From contig CAWHXY010000003.1 in assembly GCA_963833575.1 (NCBI GenBank), positions 1 to 63,315 on the forward strand: a DNA stretch of 63,315 nucleotides, in the 5' to 3' direction. Under the pieces are notes generated by a model. The model saw only the letters and a list, made by a program, of their open reading frames with translations. It ran no database searches and was not told where the DNA came from. Source of the stretch: Candidatus Bathyarchaeota archaeon. Lineage in GTDB: Archaea; Thermoproteota; Bathyarchaeia; Bathyarchaeales; Bathycorpusculaceae. This document shows, one piece after another, positions 58,962-63,315 of the stretch (position 1 is the first letter of the stretch; each line of letters begins with the position of its first letter). A program made the position numbers and the translations under genes.

Positions 58962-59426
58962 ATGACTAAAATATTAGGCTTTGAATTTAGACCTGAGCTA
59001 TACTACAATGAAAATATTTGGGCTAAAGTCGAGCCGGATGGCAACGTGCGTGTCGGTTTTGATGATGTTGTTGCGAAGGGTTCGCATGATATCTTTGCCC
59101 TTAAACTTTCAGACGTTGGAACCGTAGTTAAATACAAAGGTAAGATAGGGCTTATTGAATCAAGAAAATATACCGGTCCTATCGTTTGCCCCGTTAACGG
59201 TACCATAATTAAAACCAATGATGAAGTTAGAAAATATGGCGCTGAAGGGTTTATGAATGACCCTTACGGAGAGGGGTGGCTAGCCATAATAAAGCCTTCT
59301 AATTTAGAAGAAGATTTAAAGAAACTCCTGTTTGGTCAACCTGCCGTTGAATGGTACACAAAAGAGGCAGACAAAGCTAAGGAAGAATTAGACTTCGATC
59401 CAAGCATGAAGGGTACCGGTTTCTAA
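58962..59426 (+). CDS. GcvH/LbpA-like lipoyl carrier protein, clade A
   Basis: IESRKYTGPIVCPVNG, DPYGEGW; paralog of 8836..9285. Confidence 0.92.
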   Translation: MTKILGFEFRPELYYNENIWAKVEPDGNVRVGFDDVVAKGSHDIFALKLSDVGTVVKYKGKIGLIESRKYTGPIVCPVNGTIIKTNDEVRKYGAEGFMNDPYGEGWLAIIKPSNLEEDLKKLLFGQPAVEWYTKEADKAKEELDFDPSMKGTGF

Positions 59427-59439
59427 GCAGGTGTAATTG

Positions 59440-59850
59440 ATGTCTAATGAATCTGTAATAACAGAATTGAAGAGGGCATTCTATGAACAGAATCAAGAAA
59501 AATGTGCTGCAATTACTCAAAGAGCTCTCGACGCGGGAATTGATCCGATCGGATGGAGATCTTAGAAAAATCTCTTAGAATGGGTTAAAGAGATTACAAA
59601 AAGAGACTATTCCGCAACAATCTTTGACGAAAAAACCAAAACCACAGAAGATGAAAATCCGATTATGCTCTCCGATCTTATTATGATCGGCGAGTGCTTA
59701 ACCGCTGCTATGAATGTACTCAAGCCTGCGCTTGTAAAAAACGCTGCTAAAGCATCAAACTTGGACAGAGTGATCTCGGGAACCATAGAACGGGATGTAC
59801 ACGATATTGGACGACAAATTATCGCAACAACCACTGTTCTGAGAATTTAG
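59440..59850 (+). pseudogene. corrinoid protein pseudogene (frameshifted, 3'-truncated)
   Basis: MSNESVITELKRAFY...ALDAGIDP / frameshifts / LSDLIMIGECL...GTIERDVHDIGRQIIAT, then similarity ends. Confidence 0.88.
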
Positions 59851-59869
59851 GGTGAACCGATTACTATAT

Positions 59870-60830
59870 TATACTTGGTTTAGTCAAAATCCAGCGGCAT
59901 AATTTCGATCAATCAATGGCATCTGGCTAAAGATTGGGTATAGTGGGATTACTGACGCATTTGTAGTTAACTTTCGCTGCTATCCAAAGCCGTTTTGTAT
60001 TGACATCGATAGTGATACAGAAGCGTTGGCATGAATCTTAAGAAAGTGGTTAACTTATTACTATCTCATCTTGGTGATATCAGGATAGCAGACTCCATAA
60101 AGAGCTGATCCGCCTTTTCAATTTTATTGATAACAGAAGCCATTAAAGCAGTACCTCCAACCTGTCGAATTGCAGGCATTAAAATACCTCATAATCTAAT
60201 TGAGTGAACGCCGATTGAATGTTAGAACGTTGGCTAAGAGGTTTGGAAGAAGTTCATGCAATGCATAGTTGCAAAATATGGGAAAAACTCACGGTAAATA
60301 ATCTCCGTAGAGGTTGAAAAGGCTGTCCTTTAACTCGTAAAGAAAGAAGCTAAAACAGAAAGATAGCCTATCAATTTCAATTCGTTTCCTGTTCATTAGA
60401 ATTTTTTCGTTTAACTATTCTCGGTGAAGTTATAGTAAATCATCTTAAACGAAGCATGCGTGCTCGGTTGGCAAGCGTTAAAATACAGAAGGCCAAATGT
60501 TAGGAACAGCATGACCAAAGCGCGCACGCTAATGCGGCTTGCCAGGAATTTAAGAACAAATATCCCATGCCAACGGCAATAAGGACCAGATCACCAAATG
60601 AGAATTAGGCTCTTTTTTCGACCTCTCTATCTGAATAGATACCAATAACGATTGCTGATAATAGCGGAACAAGATTCAAAATTGTTGCAAGCGAGGTTGC
60701 AATGGAAATTGGATTCCCATCTGTACTGCATACAAAGGCAAGTAGGGTGGAACAATATACATGCTACCCACTATAAAGAATGTTGACAATATCAGAAGTG
60801 GAATTTTTTTGGGTTAGAGATTTTATTTGG
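59870..60830 (-). pseudogene. heavily degraded MFS transporter, paralog of 53759..55003
   Basis: minus-strand fragments FFIVGSMYIVPPYLPLYA, LVPLLSAIVIGIYSDR and AVGMGYLFLNSWQ align with the intact MFS; boundaries approximate. Confidence 0.75.
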
Positions 60831-60904
60831 TGTTTCAATATTTTGTAACATATTTTTCCCTTCTCTTTTTTAATTTTTCGGTTTTTCTTTTTTTTAAAAA
60901 AAAA

Positions 60905-62092
60905 TTAAGTGATTGGGGTGTTAATCATTGGTTCGTTAATGCCCAACCCATCAGTTATTTGAACAACGCGCCCATCTTTGTATGTGTATGTTCCAGTTAC
61001 CGCCATAGGTAGTGACCAAAAAATGAAATACCAGCCTTGAATATCATCACGCATCTTATTTGGGTCGTAGACGCCAAGTCTCATTTGAGGCTTTGTTACT
61101 GCCTTGAGCTTCAAGTTTATTGTAGCGCCATCATCAGTTGTTGCAACTACTTCCTGTTCGATTGGCAGCATTCTCATGTGCTCAGGGTGCCAAGCAAGTT
61201 TAGTGTTTTTATAGTTACAAGACCTCAAGTAGGCTACTACTGATTTATTATCTTGGAATAAGTACATGCAACCAAAAATCACTCTCTGGGCTTGTTTGGT
61301 TTCATCGTTCATAGCTGCTTCATAAAACAAGCCGTAACCTTGACTTGATTTCCACCAGGTCCAATTACTAGTTTTGTAATCTAATAGGGCAATATTTGGC
61401 ATCCAAGCATGTTCACGCAAACCATAAATGGTTTTAACTTCGTATTCCTTGCCTTCATAAGTGATTGTGCCTGCTACATTACAATATTCTTCAGTTCCAG
61501 ATGAATCAAAATCTTTCCCAAGATGAAGAGAGCCCATGGGTTTTTCGCCTTTCCAGAAAATTGGACCAACTGGTGTCCAGGTTAAGTCACATTTTATTTT
61601 ATGATGTTTTAATACATGATGTGACGATCCGTCATTGTTGTATGTGAATTTTGCTCCGTTAAGACTAATGATAAAGCCATCCGAGCCTCTGTCTTCTTCT
61701 TTAAGGTCTGTTGGTTCATGATAATCGTTGAACAAAAGGTCTATGTTTGATTCTTTGATTTCTTGGTAGTTACCTAATGGATGTTCGCCGTGCCACAGCT
61801 TCATGTTTCTTTCATTGACTTTATCCTCCAATAGTAAGGGGCCCTCGAGAAATTGTACGTTAACTTTAGATTTTCGTCCCTGAACCACTGATACAAGAAA
61901 CAGGTATTTTCTTCCTTCGAATTCGAAAATGCATTCATTGTACCAGTCGCAAAATCTGCCTGGCCGATATGGCAGCAAGTTTGCTGTATGGTCCTTAAAA
62001 AATGTCGCTTCAACGTTTTTCGTGTTAAACACCCAAAACGGATAGGCTTGAATAATTAATATTATCTTGTTTGTTGATCGGTCTACAAACAC
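60905..62092 (-). CDS. beta-rich CrtC/AttH/tocopherol-cyclase-like protein
   Basis: DWY, VAGTITYEG..Y.V..YGLREHAW, WTWW, G.G..E pattern; true start may be near 62032. Confidence 0.6.
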   Translation of the reverse strand: MFVDRSTNKIILIIQAYPFWVFNTKNVEATFFKDHTANLLPYRPGRFCDWYNECIFEFEGRKYLFLVSVVQGRKSKVNVQFLEGPLLLEDKVNERNMKLWHGEHPLGNYQEIKESNIDLLFNDYHEPTDLKEEDRGSDGFIISLNGAKFTYNNDGSSHHVLKHHKIKCDLTWTPVGPIFWKGEKPMGSLHLGKDFDSSGTEEYCNVAGTITYEGKEYEVKTIYGLREHAWMPNIALLDYKTSNWTWWKSSQGYGLFYEAAMNDETKQAQRVIFGCMYLFQDNKSVVAYLRSCNYKNTKLAWHPEHMRMLPIEQEVVATTDDGATINLKLKAVTKPQMRLGVYDPNKMRDDIQGWYFIFWSLPMAVTGTYTYKDGRVVQITDGLGINEPMINTPIT

Positions 62093-62289
62093 TTATCTGC
62101 AGACTTGGTTGAAATGAGCGATTTTTAGCTTTTCTGATATGTTAGATTGTTAAATCCAACTTTTTTACATTTAGCGCGATGGTATGGGCATAGCTGTATT
62201 CGGTTCGGTAGCTACTATTGCGTCTTTGATGTACCTGTCATCACGTAAATCGAAGAAACAATAGCCCTATTTTTCTAATAGGTGCAGGT

Positions 62290-63315
62290 ATGCAGAAGAA
62301 AATGGCTGTGTTAATCATCTTTGCGTGTCTGGTCGCCACTCCTTTCATCACTCAGGTTCATGCTACCCCGATTTTTAATTGGACAAACCTGACTGCTGGC
62401 TACGATGCTAGTTTAAGTCCAAGCCTCTCCACTTTTAACGCTACTTTTGTTCTTTCAGGCGCCACTTTCGACGCAAGCCATCCAACAAGAATATTGTTGG
62501 CAGATAGCCAGCTTTGGTACGGATGGGGCATACTGATAGACCCTAGTGCTACCAACAAAGTAACAATAACGGATAATTGGGATGGTTCTCCTGTTCATAC
62601 ATTAAGTTCGATACCTTCAAGTCTTGCTTTCAGTTTTGACGGTTCTCATCTTTACGTCAATTCAGTTCTGTCCACCAGTAGCGGACTAAGCGTTTCACAT
62701 ATTACCGTTGGAAACCCGATAACGGATATTGTTGGACAGGACAATCCAGGCAGTTCCGTTTCTGGTTCTATAACAGGAACGATTGTTGCGTATTCAGCAT
62801 CGCCTTCCCCAACGCCAACTCCAACTCCCACTCCTTCGCCAACTCCCACGCCCACTCCCACTTCGACGCCAACTCCGACTCCAACTGCGTACTCTACTAC
62901 ATCTGACGATTTCAATGAAAACAACTATTTCATTTTCGACCAAACTTTGTCTTCGTCAATAGACACATCAAACCCCTTTACGATAGCTGTTCACTTCCAA
63001 AATATGCCAAATGCTTCTGCTGTGAATTCTGGGTGGAATCAATGCTACCGCCTCTGGTTTGAGGGAACAGCCGATGTCTTCACAGTTGAATTTGACGTTG
63101 TGAATGCTTACCACAGCGACATAATAACTCAAACTGGCAATTTGACTCAATTCAGAAACAATGTTGGTACGCTTGTAGTCAATGGCGGTTTGTACCTTGC
63201 TAACCCCATTACTCACAATGATACTGTAACTTTGACTGGCAATGGTTCACAACTTAGCGTTTATTTTGGGTCAACTTTAGTCGGTACTGACACGATGAGT
63301 TCGTCTGTCATAACG
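62290..63315 (+). CDS. secreted/surface protein with signal peptide and Pro-Thr linker, 3'-truncated by the window edge
   Basis: MQKKMAVLIIFACLVATPFITQVHA; frame stays open for 342 codons to the end; absent from the ORF track because it has no stop. Confidence 0.88.
   Translation, partial: MQKKMAVLIIFACLVATPFITQVHATPIFNWTNLTAGYDASLSPSLSTFNATFVLSGATFDASHPTRILLADSQLWYGWGILIDPSATNKVTITDNWDGSPVHTLSSIPSSLAFSFDGSHLYVNSVLSTSSGLSVSHITVGNPITDIVGQDNPGSSVSGSITGTIVAYSASPSPTPTPTPTPSPTPTPTPTSTPTPTPTAYSTTSDDFNENNYFIFDQTLSSSIDTSNPFTIAVHFQNMPNASAVNSGWNQCYRLWFEGTADVFTVEFDVVNAYHSDIITQTGNLTQFRNNVGTLVVNGGLYLANPITHNDTVTLTGNGSQLSVYFGSTLVGTDTMSSSVIT
62800..62886 (+). repeat. coding low-complexity (PT)n linker
   Basis: SPSPTPTPTPTPSPTPTPTPTSTPTPTPT. 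Confidence 0.9.

Noticed and set aside
59776-59830. attL/attR direct repeat with 7111-7165
   Set aside because: The peptides match but most synonymous positions differ, so these are paralogs rather than a recent duplication.
62800-62886. CRISPR-like or non-coding repeat
   Set aside because: It is a degenerate codon repeat for a PT linker; no repeat-spacer array, tRNA or rRNA was recognised anywhere in the window.

Overview
Archaeal DNA, most likely Bathyarchaeia. This is an inference from the archaeal PCNA, group II chaperonins, TrmB regulators, HdrABC/MvhAGD, TATA promoters and frequent TTG starts. The first ~7 kb holds housekeeping and small membrane genes: the 3' end of a P3A H+-ATPase, PCNA and holin-like genes. 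From ~7.1 to ~62 kb lies one apparently co-regulated metabolic island. It has four corrinoid protein + UroD/MtaA-fold methyltransferase pairs interleaved with GcvH/LbpA-like lipoyl carriers, SCP2 lipid-carrier genes and TrmB regulators. It also carries a lipoylation kit (two Lpl ligases, LipS1 x2, LipS2), HdrACB-MvhDGA plus a second HdrBC/polyferredoxin/HdrA-MvhD set, OsmC, the corrinoid activase RamA, MoxR-VWA, a NifH-NifD-like fusion with a NifK-like partner, and two divergent chaperonins. A shared 14-bp operator (GTYRC-N4-GYRAC-like) sits 11 nt upstream of the TATA box of most operons. No GcvP/T/L, 2-oxoacid dehydrogenase, MCR or NifB gene is in the window. Main hypothesis (inference): a system in which protein-bound lipoyl thiols replace CoM/CoB as methyl/alkyl acceptor and Hdr substrate, possibly with a nitrogenase-like C-S reductase. 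The window also contains a 5.1-kb tandem duplication, a decayed IS110 with 19-bp inverted repeats, several pseudogenes and a 3'-truncated secreted Pro-Thr-linker protein. All calls come from reading motifs by eye; no database searches were run.
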